The translations under genes were made by a program, and so were the position numbers. A stretch of 64,000 nt of DNA from Antedon mediterranea. Its lineage: Eukaryota > Animalia > Echinodermata. The stretch covers positions 18,166,001 through 18,230,000 of the forward strand of contig NC_092674.1 of the NCBI RefSeq assembly GCF_964355755.1, written 5' to 3'. Each line of letters opens with the position of its first letter. Position 1 is the stretch's first letter. A model generated the notes under the pieces. The model did not search any database. It worked only from the letters and a program-made list of their open reading frames with translations, and had not been told where the DNA came from. This document shows, piece by piece, positions 37,989 through 51,334 of this stretch.

Positions 37989-40005
37989 CTAATATCCAAA
38001 ACAAAATCATACTCATAATTAGTTAGTAATACAGCTCAAGACCTGTCAAGAAATTTGATCAAAAGTTAGAGTTGTAATGCTACGGAAAGTGTTTTCCATT
38101 ATAAAATAAAATAGATAAGAGAGTGTGTCCTTGCCATTTGATTGATTAATTAAGCATGCCGTTTGGAAAAGTGATAGCTAATACTGTATGGTAATTAATG
38201 GTTCTAATGCATGCAGGAAAACAATTTTTTGAAAAAATATGTCAAGCCGGCTGTGGTTAAGAATCACATCTCTGTGGCAAAAATTCAATTATAAGCACCG
38301 CCTAATTTGGTTTACGAAAACGGCCGCCGACTGAAACAGCCGACACTCGTATCGTTCAATAGTATATATGGAGCGTGCCGTGTGCTACACACTGTACAAC
38401 ATTAATGACCTACTGTACACATTTGAAGGAAAAAGTAACGTTTAACCGATTCACCCAGATAAGCGCTTAAAGCGCCCATGAGGTTAAAAATCAAGGTCAT
38501 TGTAAAGAAATTGTCAACAAATAAAAAGTAAATCGAATTTACATGCGCAGTTTGATGAATTAATTATACACAATACTCACAACAAATATAATGGGTTTGA
38601 AAATAAAAGTTTTTTGAAGCACGCTGTTCAAAACGTGATAGACATGTTGAATGAATCTAGGCCTAAACATACAACGTAAAATCGTATAAAATCCATCATT
38701 ATTTGTAATAATCACTATTGTGAAGCTTTTATACAATAAATATAGATTATTTATCAGTTGCCGTGTCTAAATCATCATATTTCCATGTAAAAATGTGATT
38801 TTTCTACCGGAGAAAAGTCATGGTCATGTCCTCTTGAGGGCTACGTCATGTTGTTTACCTTTGATATTTAATATGAACCCTGACATGTCAGATGCATTTA
38901 ATATGAGATATATTTTTTCAAACTCTGCGCAAAGGTCATTTTGTTGAAGCATAGCTTTTGACAAACAATTTGATACAAAACTTGTTTTGGTATCTTAAGT
39001 TTCAGAGTTTTTAACATTCCCGGTGAACAAACACCAAACACGGAGCGGCTCCCGATAGGCCTAGGCCCCATATGGTCATCGTCGGATGAGTCCGTCTACT
39101 AATTTATTCATAATTGGTCAAATTTGGTCTTATTTTGAAGAGAAGAAATAGGTTCTAATGAAGACATATAGTTTTATTCATGAATTATTTAGCAATGTTA
39201 TGCATTTGGTAGTCAAAGATAAATTTTAAAATGTTAATAATTTTTCTAAAAAAAAAGATTTGCATAAACCATACTCCGCCAAAATAAGTTGTAACACAAA
39301 TTTGATAACATTTTGAAAAGAAAATGTCTTGGCATTATTTTTCTTTTTTAATAATAATAATACTTTAAAAACGACCAAGCCTTTTCACATGAATACATAG
39401 GCCTAGACATGAATTCAAGCCTAGCTAGCTAGGCTGAGTAGACGCCCTTGCCATGGAGGTAAAAAATAATATTTTTTACCTCCATGGCCTAGCTACAGTA
39501 GGCCTAGCTTAAAATGAATAAGCAATTTCATGAAGATTTTAACCGTTTAAAGACGAAAAAAGGTATCTCAATAGGACCATATAGTATTTATTTTTTACCT
39601 TAAATTATATCTAAAAAACGTAGGGAATGGGACTTGCTGTTGTTGTACAGTGCAAATCATGATGTTACATGTAAATCATACTGACATTTTTATCTCAAAT
39701 ATTAGTTGGGCCTAAACAAATTGCATTAATTTTGTGTATAAAATTAATTCGGCATTTTTCAACACATATAATTTACCAAGGGGAGACATTACAAGAACGT
39801 GTTCACAGTTGCCTCGCTACATGGGAAGGGGGCTTCAGAAATACATTAATTGTAGCTGCGGCAGTATTGGCGTTCCATAATATTGGTGGCTGTTTCAGTC
39901 GGTGGTTCTATTTTTGGTTGACATATAACATAACATTCAATAAGAACTGAATACTGTACATACATTTTTGTAGACCAATAACCAAAAAATACTGAAAATA
40001 TTTAA

Positions 40006-40179
40006 AGATGTATTGTCCATTGAAACACAAAAAATGAAGGTAAAAATATTCTAAATTTAAATTCGCCATATCAAAGTAATATTAAAGTTATTCACTTTAA
40101 GTGGAAAATTCGAGCCAAAAACAATTATGATACTTCAAATTTTAATTTTTTTGGAATTAGTCAAAGGGACAATACATCT
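40006..40179. mobile_element. Kolobok-like MITE
   Basis: TTAA|AGATGTATTGTCC ... GGACAATACATCT|TTAA. The same left end occurs at about 9580. Confidence 0.75.
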
Positions 40180-40336
40180 TTAAACAGGTTATATCAAACC
40201 AGCTTGATCAGATAACAGCTTGCTGATGTTATATTTTCAATCTTACATACAGTAATACTAACAAAGCCACCACATAGTTATATAAAATTAAATTGACTTT
40301 AATTTTGATACAGTTATTCACTTTCAGAGTCCTTAC

Positions 40337-40464
40337 CAATTATATTATTAGTAGTACCACCAGGGCATCCAACTGTTGAAAGTGCTGGACCGTTATTTCC
40401 AGCAGATGAAACAAAAATAATGTTGTGTTTATCAACAGCTTCGTTGATAATATCACAAACACGT
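40337..40464 (-). CDS. TPP2: TPP2 coding exon containing the oxyanion-hole Asn: [42 protein letters not shown]
   Basis: SSAGNNGP subtilase motif. Acceptor tttcag, donor gtaag. Confidence 0.96.
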
Positions 40465-40500
40465 CTGAAATTAATAAGAAAATAAAACTATTGCTGTTAA

Positions 40501-41052
40501 AGACACTTTCCCTGCAATTGTTGACGTTTTGTAAAAATAATGTATACTATATTATATATTACATTAAACAAGGTCATTCCTTGTCTTAAATGTATGTTTT
40601 GTGATTAATAAAAAGAGAAAAACAATGCACTACATAAGTAGCTCGCATTGAATGTAGGCTAGGCTAGTTTTGTAGACGTAGCTGGTAAACAGCGATAATG
40701 TACGAACATAGTACGCTAGCTATAGACCTAGCCTGGCATATTGTCTAGTTGCTGAATTACTTTCTTGTTTTGACAGAATCCGTCAAATTGGAGAAGACCT
40801 TGTATTTTTACGGTTCTTTTGTTTGTTTTGCCTTTTCAATCGATCGAAAATGGGTGCATCACAGAAGCAAAATATCAATCCATGCATGCTGGTATTTATA
40901 GCGGGTCGTTAAAATTATTAGAATATTATTAAAAAATTTTGCATTTTTACCGTTTAAAGACAGAAAAATTATCGCAATATGCCCATATAGTATTTATTTT
41001 TACATGAAATGCAGTTTGTGACCTTAAATTAGATCGAAAAAACGTAGTGTCT
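40501..41052. mobile_element. Kolobok-like MITE, 36 bp from a TPP2 splice acceptor
   Basis: TTAA|AGACACT ... AGTGTCT|TTAA. Related fragments at about 12680-13200, 39520-39620 and 42745-44430. Confidence 0.7.
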
Positions 41053-42103
41053 TTAAGTGAAGTTTTTAAGAGTGAAAAATATTCAATATTGATTACAATT
41101 GCATGCAAAATAAATGTACATTAAATTTTGAGAGCTACAGTATAATGTGGCAATCCCAAAGTTATGCATACAAAATTGGTGTCATAGTTTATTGTGGTTT
41201 GATCTTGCTAAAAATGTTTGTAAAAATACAGTACCATCCAGAAAACATTCTACCCCTCCTGTGTATTGTCCATTGAAAATATTGGGAAAACAATATTCTG
41301 GGAGTGGTACATTACATAACTGTTTTAGCACCTACTTCCCGTTAAAATTTGAAACTCAAAGTGCAGTGTGCTGTGGCGGTGGTTCGAAAAATTTATATTG
41401 ATCAAAAGGTCATGGACCTAGATTTTTACTCATTCACATACAACAAAAGACTATTATTTGACTAAAATTAATCACGCTTTCTTAGGCTAGGTGTTTTCAA
41501 AACAATTTACAGTATAGTTAAGGCAATCTGTGGATAAACCCAAACCAAATTACATAGTTTCTAAACTTATTTTTTTCTGATTCTGTATTTACTGTATTGG
41601 AGTATTTTAACAAAGATTTTCTGATTTTTATATGAATTAGACCAATAAAAGATGAATTGATTTGAATTTTAATTCTAATATCTACCAAAATGGGTTTAGA
41701 ACATATATTTTTAAGTCATTTGAGGTATATAGACGTACCATCCAGAAAACCATACCGTACCATAACCAAATAAAAATTGGACAAAACGCAGTTAATTAGG
41801 TAATGATAGGACAGCCCACATTCACTCAACTGTTACGGCATTGAGTAATTAATTTCTCTAGTAACTATCCATGTGCTTTTGAAAATAGTGGTACGTCCGT
41901 AGATATGCAAATAATTAAATATTATTTTTAAAATTGATTACCATACAGTACAAACAAATGTTTCCTTTACAGTAGTATCCGTTTGGAGGAATATGTCTTT
42001 AAGTGAAGGAACATCAAATAAAAGTAACTGCATGTTTTTTTCATTCTCATTCAAAATAATTTGTTAATGGTCAATGTCGAACTGTTGCAATAAAATTACA
42101 TAC

Positions 42104-42180
42104 CCAGAATTGGGAATATGAGATGCTTCTCCATAGCTAAAATTTACAAGGTCAGCTTTAGCCCGAATCACTTCAATCAT
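42104..42180 (-). CDS. TPP2: TPP2 coding exon: MIEVIRAKADLVNFSYGEASHIPNS(G)
   Basis: Matches '[26 protein letters not shown]'. Acceptor aacag, donor gtatgt. Confidence 0.95.
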
Positions 42181-42886
42181 CTGTTAAGAGAATGAAATAA
42201 AAATTATATATTATCTTATATTAATATCATAATTCATTGATTACCGTAAAAAAAAATCGTGGAGAAAATCTATACGGTAGGCATAGCACAGGTAAGATCA
42301 ATTAGGCCGCCTAGGCCTAGATGACCTGGCCGTCTAATTGCTTGGCCTACATCGGAATATAGCTTTAGATAGCCTAGATCATAGCCAGAAGAAGGATCGT
42401 CATTTTCAGTTCATGCACCGGGAAATCCTCGGGTATAGTCCCACCTCCCAAATTCGGGCAAGTTTCACGTACAAGGGGGTTGGGCTTATACCTGCGTCAG
42501 TATACGGTAATAAAAAGAAAACTAGATTTGAACTCAATTTGGTTATGTCTGAGCAAAACATATTAACATGTTAAAGAGAATCGAATATGTAATATAGATG
42601 CGCACTCTTTTAAATGTGATGACCTTTGATGCAAAAGATGAAAATCCGACTTTTAAAATTCAACTGGCCATATGATGATGTCACAACATCCGAGAGGCCA
42701 ACCTTTTAAATGAATTCATATCTACAATTCAGCAACGCGACAACGTCAGGCTAGGCCTAGCTAGCGTACGATGTTCTTACGTTACCACTTTACCAGCTAG
42801 GCCTACAAAACTAAGCCCAAATATATGCTTGGTCTACGAGAGAAATTTCGACACGAGCTACAAGGTAGTGCATTTTTTTTCTCATA

Positions 42887-44326
42887 TCTATATATAAATT
42901 TACGTAAGGGCAAAAATCGGTAAATCGAGCGTTATTTCTAGAATGTTTACTCGATCGTATATAAAGTTGGTTAGAATCTCGGTACTGATTTTAACCACCT
43001 GATCTAACCCTGTTTACTAATTAAATTGAGTTAGATAATTAGTTATTGACAATTAAAACGAATTTAGGTTCAACGATTTGCCCCAAATAGGGGTGTTTTT
43101 CGATCGTGGTATACACTGTCTAATGGATGTCCGTCTTGAAAAATACCCGAAGACAATAATACGAGGATGCTTCGCATTTTCCTATCTCCTCCTACGATAA
43201 TTGTTTTTAATGGCTGAAAACCGGTTGAACAGCTCGAGTACAGCATCATAATGTTGAAGACAGGCCGATTTTCTTTAAAAAATGCTATTTTGATAGATTT
43301 TATAAATGTTTATATAAATGTATTGATTTGCGATGAATGGAACATTCCAATCTCTGTTACACAAGTGTCTATTCCCTCAGGCGTCGTAAAGGCAAGTACT
43401 GTATACTCATAACAGAAATTCGATCCATTTTTTCCCCAATCTGTTCTGCAGAGGTTGGATATAATTTTTTTTAAACGGATAATGAGCTAGCGTTTTCAGT
43501 CGCCGTATATTATGTACACATCTTTATTATTGCATTTAAACCACCCACATCATCACCCTTCCCTCACTGGCATGAGTAGCGTTGTAAAGCAAGAGGATAA
43601 GCCTATACGGTGCATCACATGCCCTAAACGCAGAACAACTTTGGTGGGTAGGGTAGGAACCAACTTAATTATGAATTGGCTCTAAGAAACAATTGAAAAC
43701 CATTAGGCCTACTAATTAAGTTGAGTTAGATAATTTAATATTTATTGACGATTAAATCGAATTTATGATTTTCCCCGAATAGAGGTGGTTTTCACAAATT
43801 GTTTAACATTATTATTATATAAACATACGTCATAGTGTATCGTTACATGTACTGTACTATTTCAATCGACTACGACGGTGATAGTTTCAACAAAGTATTA
43901 CATCGCAATGTTTTACTGTGTTTAGTGGTATATTATTTGTAAAACATGAACACAATTAATATTTCGTTACAAAATAAAGAATATTTTTAAAATTGTTCCT
44001 CTTTGCACCCATCCTCTTCCCCATCCCTCAACCATAATGTTACATACAAAACACAAAATAAGTTTGCTTAAATCTGATTTTTAAAACAATTGGTCTCATT
44101 TTGTGACAAGTTTCTCTTTCGGAAGTAATTCCCAGGGTGCTAATTTTAGTTGAGTACATAAATCACAGTGTCTATTTATTCGTTCCTGTAAACGACATGT
44201 ATTATTGTCCTGCATTATTGTACATTTGAAATCGCCAGTTTTTTTACGCTGAAATCATTATGTATTCGAGAACCATCTGTGGGCACGACCTAGATGGTAC
44301 GCGAGCGAAGCGAGCGTGCCATCTAG
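42887..44326 (+). mobile_element. Non-autonomous Helitron, copy 2 (longer)
   Basis: A|TC ... hairpin CTAG|T. High similarity to 14499-15514, with extra internal sequence at about 43555-43950. Confidence 0.9.
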
Positions 44327-44785
44327 TTATCATAATTAACCTTAGAACGGACATTTAAGACAAGAAATGACGTGGTTATATATATGCATTATTTGTACAA
44401 AAACGTCAAAAATTGCAGGTCTAGTGTCTTTAATAGCTAGAGAAAGTTGGATTTATGCTTGACTGGTTTCATATTGACCCTGAATTGCATAGCACACGCA
44501 CATTTGAACACATACCAATGCTGGTGTAGTTCAGTAGACTTTAGTACAGGTACTAGCTTAACTAATGTTTACCAGCTTGATTTTTAAGACAAGATGTATT
44601 TAGTTTGGCTGGTACACTCCTCATGTATACATTGTAATCATGATAATGTCAACTATATTTTGTATGGTTTCAGTAAATCGGAACACGAATAATGTGTGAG
44701 GTAGTGACCTGTGTATAAGACGCCCCCACAATTTAGAGGTCAAATTTGCACGTCCAAAGTGCATCTTGTACATCAAAACACTTAC

Positions 44786-45006
44786 CGCCCTAACAAGGGC
44801 ACTTCCTGTTTCCATAGATCCTAGTCTTGAATCCCCAATTTTGATAGCTAGTATTTGAGCACCAGGGGCTAATCCATTCTTATATGGCTCATCAGGAAAA
44901 TTGGCAGCAGCAATACTGGCCACATGAGTGCCATGTGAACAGGCATTGGTTACAATGGACAATAAATTTCCATCATCATATACATTTACAGAATAATTTA
45001 ACATGT
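44786..45006 (-). CDS. TPP2: TPP2 coding exon containing the catalytic His: [74 protein letters not shown]
   Basis: Within ORF 44621..45052. Subtilase HGTHVA motif. Acceptor ttttag, donor gtaag. Confidence 0.97.
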
Positions 45007-45134
45007 CTAAAAAAACAAAACACAAATATGTATATATATGTATGATTATCATGATCGAGTAGGATAATAGATATAGAAGGTGGGTACATACTTTCGGTAC
45101 TGATTTTTACCACCAAGTTAGATAATTATAGAAA

Positions 45135-45240
45135 AACTTTGGGTGGAGGTCATGGACTGAAGTCAAGCCTGTAGCTAGAGACCGATCGAGAAGGAGACGG
45201 ATCCTTGCAGACTTATGGGCCACAGGACCCAAAAAGCATA
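45135..45240 (+). mobile_element. RTE-like LINE 3' tip
   Basis: Translates to GWRSWTEVKPVARDRSRRRRILADLWATGP, resembling the RTE C-terminal A.DR..W motif. Confidence 0.5.
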
Positions 45241-45338
45241 GGTAATCAGAAGATTTTGCACAATAACAATAGGTGATCTTTTCACAAACACATTTTGTGA
45301 ATAAACAATACATGGTTTTGGAATAATTTAGAACCTAC

Positions 45339-45436
45339 CTGCATCTGAAAAGGTTGAAAACTTATGGTTTTCTTTAAAGGAACTTAGTAATGTAGATTCA
45401 GCCAAATTCCCAACTTCACTTGTATCTACACAAACC
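45339..45436 (-). CDS. TPP2: TPP2 coding exon: (Q)VCVDTSEVGNLAESTLLSSFKENHKFSTFSDA
   Basis: Aligns to TPP2 'ACIDSNEDGDLSKSTVLRNYKEAQEYGSFGTA'. Acceptor ttacag, donor gtagg. Phase is continuous with both neighbouring exons. Confidence 0.9.
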
Positions 45437-45735
45437 CTGTAATAGAAAACTAATGAGATTATGTTTTTTTTTTATATTTGTCTGTGCCCTGCCACAAACT
45501 GTAACAGCAGTGAAGTACAATGTACTAATGTTGGGATATATTGGCTAAACAAAATGATTGGACCTACAATACAATGAAAATTAAAAATCTAGAATGTATT
45601 GTTACTCCCAGCAAGTTTCAAGACTTTTTTGGCATTACCCTCTACAAGCAAACATCTAGTATGCTTATTTTTGTGAATGAACAAGACAAGTTTCTTAAAT
45701 TTAAGATACACTTGCTGAATTAATGAATGACTTAC

Positions 45736-45860
45736 TGCCAAGTGCTGCCATCATGAAATACAACACAGTCAAACACAGGTCCAGGATCACTGAACCTTTT
45801 ATCTGAACTAATCAGATGATCATGTAAACATGTAAGATCATCTTTTTCAAGCTTTTCTTC
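45736..45860 (-). CDS. TPP2: TPP2 coding exon (first one visible in window): EEKLEKDDLTCLHDHLISSDKRFSDPGPVFDCVVFHDGSTW
   Basis: Manual translation matches the TPP2 motif 'YSDPGPVYDCLVWHDGEVW'. Acceptor tttcag, donor gtaag. 125 nt, ends in phase 2. Not in the ORF track. Confidence 0.92.
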
Positions 45861-46899
45861 CTGAAAGTAGTAAAAAAAAAATTTAATAAAATTAATGTCT
45901 GATTTATTACATTAAATATTAAATGCAGTGTTAAAACAGTCGCACTGAAAATTGATGTTCACCATGTTATTACCTGAAGTATGTCTATTTTGTGTCATAT
46001 ACATGGTATATTCTGTATGTATAGTACTGTACAGTGCAGCATAGGTGAAATTTGGGAACTCACCTATGCACATTTTTTAACATGACATCTTCAAAATGAA
46101 ACATGAAGATAACAATTACAGAAGATGATTGTCTGAACAAGAACATATTACAATTTTAAATAAAATCAGGTACATACAATCAAGATCTACGCTCTTTTGA
46201 ATGCAACAAACTATAACAATGTATTGTATGTAATGTATTTTTCTGGATTCATAACACACACCCATATCAACCCCATCCTATTTCATAAAATAGTATATAG
46301 GCCATTTTGAGGGTATCAAACTATCAATAGGCCTAACATGTCCCTCGATCATAGCAGTGAAAGTATATCATTTTGTCACACCCCTGTATTGATAGACCTG
46401 AGCAATGGAAGAACCCTCCCTGTATAGCAAAGCACATACTTGCTAGCGACAATGTTTTTGACATTCCATTCTCTTAAAAATCAACAATACAGTACTTCGC
46501 CCTAAATTTCTGGTTTAGTTATTTTGAGTTCTTTGGCTCGATTTTCGTTTGTGTTGCTGAGACTCAGTAGAAAATATTTCTTTAAGAGCATAATTTTAAT
46601 AATTAATAAACACAAATGCGGGCAACCAACTAGAATATGGAATTAAAAGAAATATATACAAAAAAAACAGAATAATTCCACCGTCATTAATCATCAAAGT
46701 GTTTAGTTGATAAAATAATTGCCTTGTGTGGGATCTTAGCCCAACGGTGTGTTATATGATGGTAAAATTAAGTTAACAAATCTATGGAAAACAATTCCTC
46801 CAAATGGCACAGGAACATTACTGTATAAACATCTGTAACTTTAAACAAAATTGAGTTTTAGAATACCGGGACTTAGTGAGCAGAATACAGTTTGATACG

Positions 46900-47700
46900 T
46901 CTTTGAGATAATCCAGGACATTAAAACACAATCTTGAGAACAAGCAATTTGGATAACTCATTATTTAGTCAGTTTAGACTCAATCCTTAAGGATACGGAC
47001 AGTAAAGGAACATAATGTTAACATATGCTCTATTGACTTTACTAAAGTGTTCGAACATGTCGAACATACTAATCTTTTCCATAAAATAATTGATATCGGA
47101 GTCCGTCCATATAGTCCCACCTTTGTAGCTGCAGGACGTGGAAATACGTGGACAAACATACCATTGGTGAAGTACTTTAAGAGAGGACATTCTCCTTCTA
47201 CAGTATACAATTCCATTTTGAATGAATTTAATAGTTGGTGTAATACCAACAGAATGCTTCCTAAACTGTCCAAGTGCCACTCAATGTCAATTAACACCCT
47301 TCCTTCCTGCCTGATAAAATTTTCACCATTAATGATACTATAGTATAATCCAATCTGTTAATAAACTGATTAGGAATAACCATCCAAGATAAAAAGTGGG
47401 ACTCTCATGTTGAGAATATAATTGTTAATAGTAATACTAGTTGCAAACTTTATTCTATTTTAATTTTAAAGAAAATTAACGCTTCTAGTGGTGACCTTGT
47501 TGTATATGGGCAATTCCAGCGTAATGTATGTACAGTTTGAAGACTTTTGTGGACTGTATCAAAAAGAAATATATAAAATGTGGTCAAAACTTCACAGAAT
47601 GTTTTTCTTAACCTATTGAATAAGTCCTCCAAATTTAATTCAGAAAAAACAAACTATTGTTGAGAAAATTTCTAAAAACTGTGCGTTATGGAAGTATGTG
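46900..47700 (+). mobile_element. Highly degraded LINE RT fragment
   Basis: IDFTKVFEHVEHTNLFHKIIDIGV resembles the RT motif 'DFSKAFD.V.H..L..K'. Many stops. Confidence 0.6.
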
Positions 47701-48547
47701 ATAGAAATTGATTTTTCTAACTAGTTAGTGTTAACTCTACATTCCATCAATAAAAATACTGATGAAGAAAGTGTATCTGGTGGTGACTACTGTATGTATC
47801 TGATTAGAATGGACTAATAATATAGAAGATTGTTGTATTATTGTTATAGATTATTTTTATTAATTTATTATTATGTATTTAATCTTGGTTTACATCATAT
47901 AGTGTAGATGGAAACACTAGGCTTACACACATACTTGCATTAAAGACATATTTCCTGTGCATACTGTATACTTCATGTACCAATCTATAACAATTTCAGC
48001 CTTAAAAAATATTTTTTATCATCTATATATAAATTTACGTAAGGGCAAAATTTGGTAAATCGCGTGTTATTTCTAGATTGTTTACTCGATGGTATATAAA
48101 GTTGGTTAGAATCTCGGTACTGATTTTAACCACCTGATGTAACCCTGTTTACTAATTAAATTGAGTTAGATAATTAGTTATTGACAATTAAAACGAATTT
48201 AGGTTCAACGATTTGCCGCAAATAGGGGTGTTTTCCAATCGTGGTATACACTGTGGATGTCCTCTTGAAAAATACATGCACACAATAATACGAGGATGCT
48301 TCGCATTTTCCTATCTCCTCCTACGATAATTGTTTTTAATAGTTGAAAACCGGTTGAACAGCTCAAGTACAGTATCATTATGTTGAAGACAGCCCGATTT
48401 TCTTTAAAAAATACTATTTTGATAGATTTAATATACGTTTATACAAATGTATTGATTTGCGATGAATGGAACATTCCAATCTCTCAGACTCCCAGTTTGT
48501 AGGTAAATTTATGAGCCCTTGGAGAATAAACTTAAAACTGAGATTTA

Positions 48548-49635
48548 GGCCCTGTTCAGACCCATGGCGTTAGACCGTTTTAGCGTACAACGTTAGTAGC
48601 AAGGTCACGTTACAAACCGCAGAGTAAAAAACGAGGTGTTCAGACCCATAGCGTACGATTATCGTTACAACGGAAGTACGTCATTCAGGTTGTTTCTAGT
48701 TGCATATTCATGTGCTCTTACCCACGTGTTTTCATCATTATTTCCACTGTATAGGCCTAGATCTCAGCCCTACAATTATGACAACATTTGCCGTAAATAA
48801 AACATACCTCAGCATTTATTTAAGAAAAATAAAGTAAAGCCAAATTTCTGTTTCTATTGTTTTTTATTTTGTAGTAAAAAACATTTTCCCCAGGCTCTTG
48901 TGTTACGAAAATAAAGCAGGCCTCCTAATGATGAAGAAAAAATTGATTGTGATTAGTCTATCCAGCAGTCCAGTCCAAGATATATATTCTTTGGTCCAGT
49001 CGGTTGAAAATAACCCTTAACTTGCTAATAAAAGGGACACAGCTCCCCTTGTTTGTTTACTAAATTTTTTAGGAGTTAGGGGGTTTTCAGCATTAAACTT
49101 GTCCAGTCTAGTCTGCCTTGTATGAATGAGTGACTTGATGTCCCACGCTAGTTTTTAGCTTGAATGAAATGCGTGAAGGCTCTAGGCCTAGCTAGGCCTA
49201 AAAGCGGATGGGATCGTAGTCCCTATGTTTAAATACAAGAAGATGCATGTATTTATGTCATATATAATAATATGTAATAATGGTAATCAGTTGATAGTAG
49301 TTTGTACTAGTAGCCTTTGTAACAGTTGTATTTGTAGTGTAGTTAGGCCTTATTTATTCTGGCCTTTTTGTTATTGAAATCCATCTCACACATTGATGAT
49401 ACAAGATGTCAGCCTAGGTCAAACCTTGTTTCGCGTCATAACAGGAAACGTTCTGATTGGATACAGCGTTGACTTTCAGTAGCGTCGTACGCTAAAACGG
49501 TACTATCAACCGTTTTCCACTACAACGCTACAACCGTTGTACGACGCGTTGTACGCTAATCCCCAACTGTTCAGACACACATTCTTTTAGCGTCGTACGC
49601 TAAAACGGTCTAACGCCATGGGTCTGAACAGGGCC
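48548..49635. mobile_element. PIF/Harbinger-like MITE
   Basis: TIR of about 41 bp, GGCCCTGTTCAGACCCATGGCGTTAGACCGTTTTAGCGTAC. Flanks TTA and ATA form a 3-bp TSD with one mismatch. Confidence 0.8.
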
Positions 49636-49884
49636 ATAGTATTGCAATACTTTGACAATATTGTAAATACTGTACGTATTAACCATTTTTGGTTGCCATT
49701 TGAATCGAAATTTTCTTACTGTGAATGTGGTTACTGTTAGATAAACACATACACAAAGAACATTTATTGTTGTGACTGTGGGTAGGCTCTACTGCTGGAT
49801 ATATACAGTAAACAAATAATACTTTAATATACAAATAAAAACTTTATTACTGACAGTCTCAACGTTTGTATTAATTAATAATTA

Positions 49885-51334
49885 CTAGATGGTACGCGAG
49901 CGAAGCGAGCGTACCATCTAGGTCGTGCCCACAGATGGTTCTCGAATACACAGTAATTTCAGCGTAATAAAACTGGCGATTTCAAATGTACGTACCGCAG
50001 GACTATAATACATTGTCGTTTACAGAAACAAATAAATAGACACGATGATTTATGTAGTCAACTAAAATTAGCACCCTGGGAATTACTTTCGAAGGAGAAA
50101 CTTATCACAAAATGAGTCCAAATTTTTGATTTGGACTCATTTAAAGAAACCCAATTTGTGTTTTGTATGTAACATTAGGGTTGAGAGATGGGAAAGCGGA
50201 TAGGTACAAAGAGGAACAATTTTTAAATATATTCTTTATTATTCTTTATTATCCACTCAGTAACGAAATATTTTTTTCATGTTTTATAGGCCTATAAATA
50301 ATATACCTCTAAATACAGTAAAACATTTGCGATTTAATACTTTGTTTATTTTATTTATTTATTTATTTCTTTTAAATATTCATTGTACACTAATTTTCCC
50401 CGTGTATGGCAAGAGATTCCTAATTACTGTATATTAGAGAACATTCTTTATTTAGTTTAGTTAAAACTGTCACTGTCATAATCGATTGAAATATTAAAGT
50501 ACATGTCACGATACACCACTACGACGTTTATTTTTGGTAATTATTAATACAAACGTTGAGAAAAAACTGTCAGTATAAAGTTTATTTGTATATAATAATG
50601 TGTTTATATATCTAACAGTAGAGCCTATCCACAATCTCAGTAATAAAGTTTATTTGTATATATTTTTATATTACATCTAACAGTACGAACATTCACAGTA
50701 AGAAATGTTCGATTCAAATGAGGACCAAAAATAGTTATTAGGTATTTACAGTATTGTCAAAGTATTGCAAGTTTATTCTCAAAGGGCCCATATATTTACC
50801 TACCGTATGTGTTAAACCAAGGGCTCATAAATTTACCTACTTGTGTTAAACCAAACTCTGGCAGACTGAGAGATTGGGATGTTCCATTCATCGCAAATCA
50901 ATACATTTGTATAATCGTATATTAAATCTATCAAAATAGTATTTTTTTTAAAGAAAATCGGCCTGTCTTCAACATTATGATGGTGTACTATAGCTGTTCA
51001 ACCGGTTTTCAGCTATTAAAAACAATTATCGTAGGAGGAGATAGGAAAATGCGAAGCCTCCTTTTTGTGGCGGGTATTTTTCAAGATAGACATCCATTAG
51101 ACAGTGTATACCACGATCGGAAAACACCCCTATTTGGGGCAAATCGTTGAACCTAAATTCGTTTTAATCGTCAATAACTAATTATCTAACTTAATTTAAT
51201 TAGTAAACAGGGTTACATCAGGTGGTTAAAATCAGTACCGAAAGTACGAACCAACTTTATATACCATCGAGTAAAAATTCTAGAAGTAAGGCGCGATTTA
51301 CCGAATTTTGCCCTTACGTAAATTTATATATAGA
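49885..51334 (-). mobile_element. Complete Helitron copy 4, nested inverted inside copy 3
   Basis: A|CTAGATGGTACGC... at 49885 and ...TATATAGA|T at 51334. AT target, no TSD. Confidence 0.9.
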
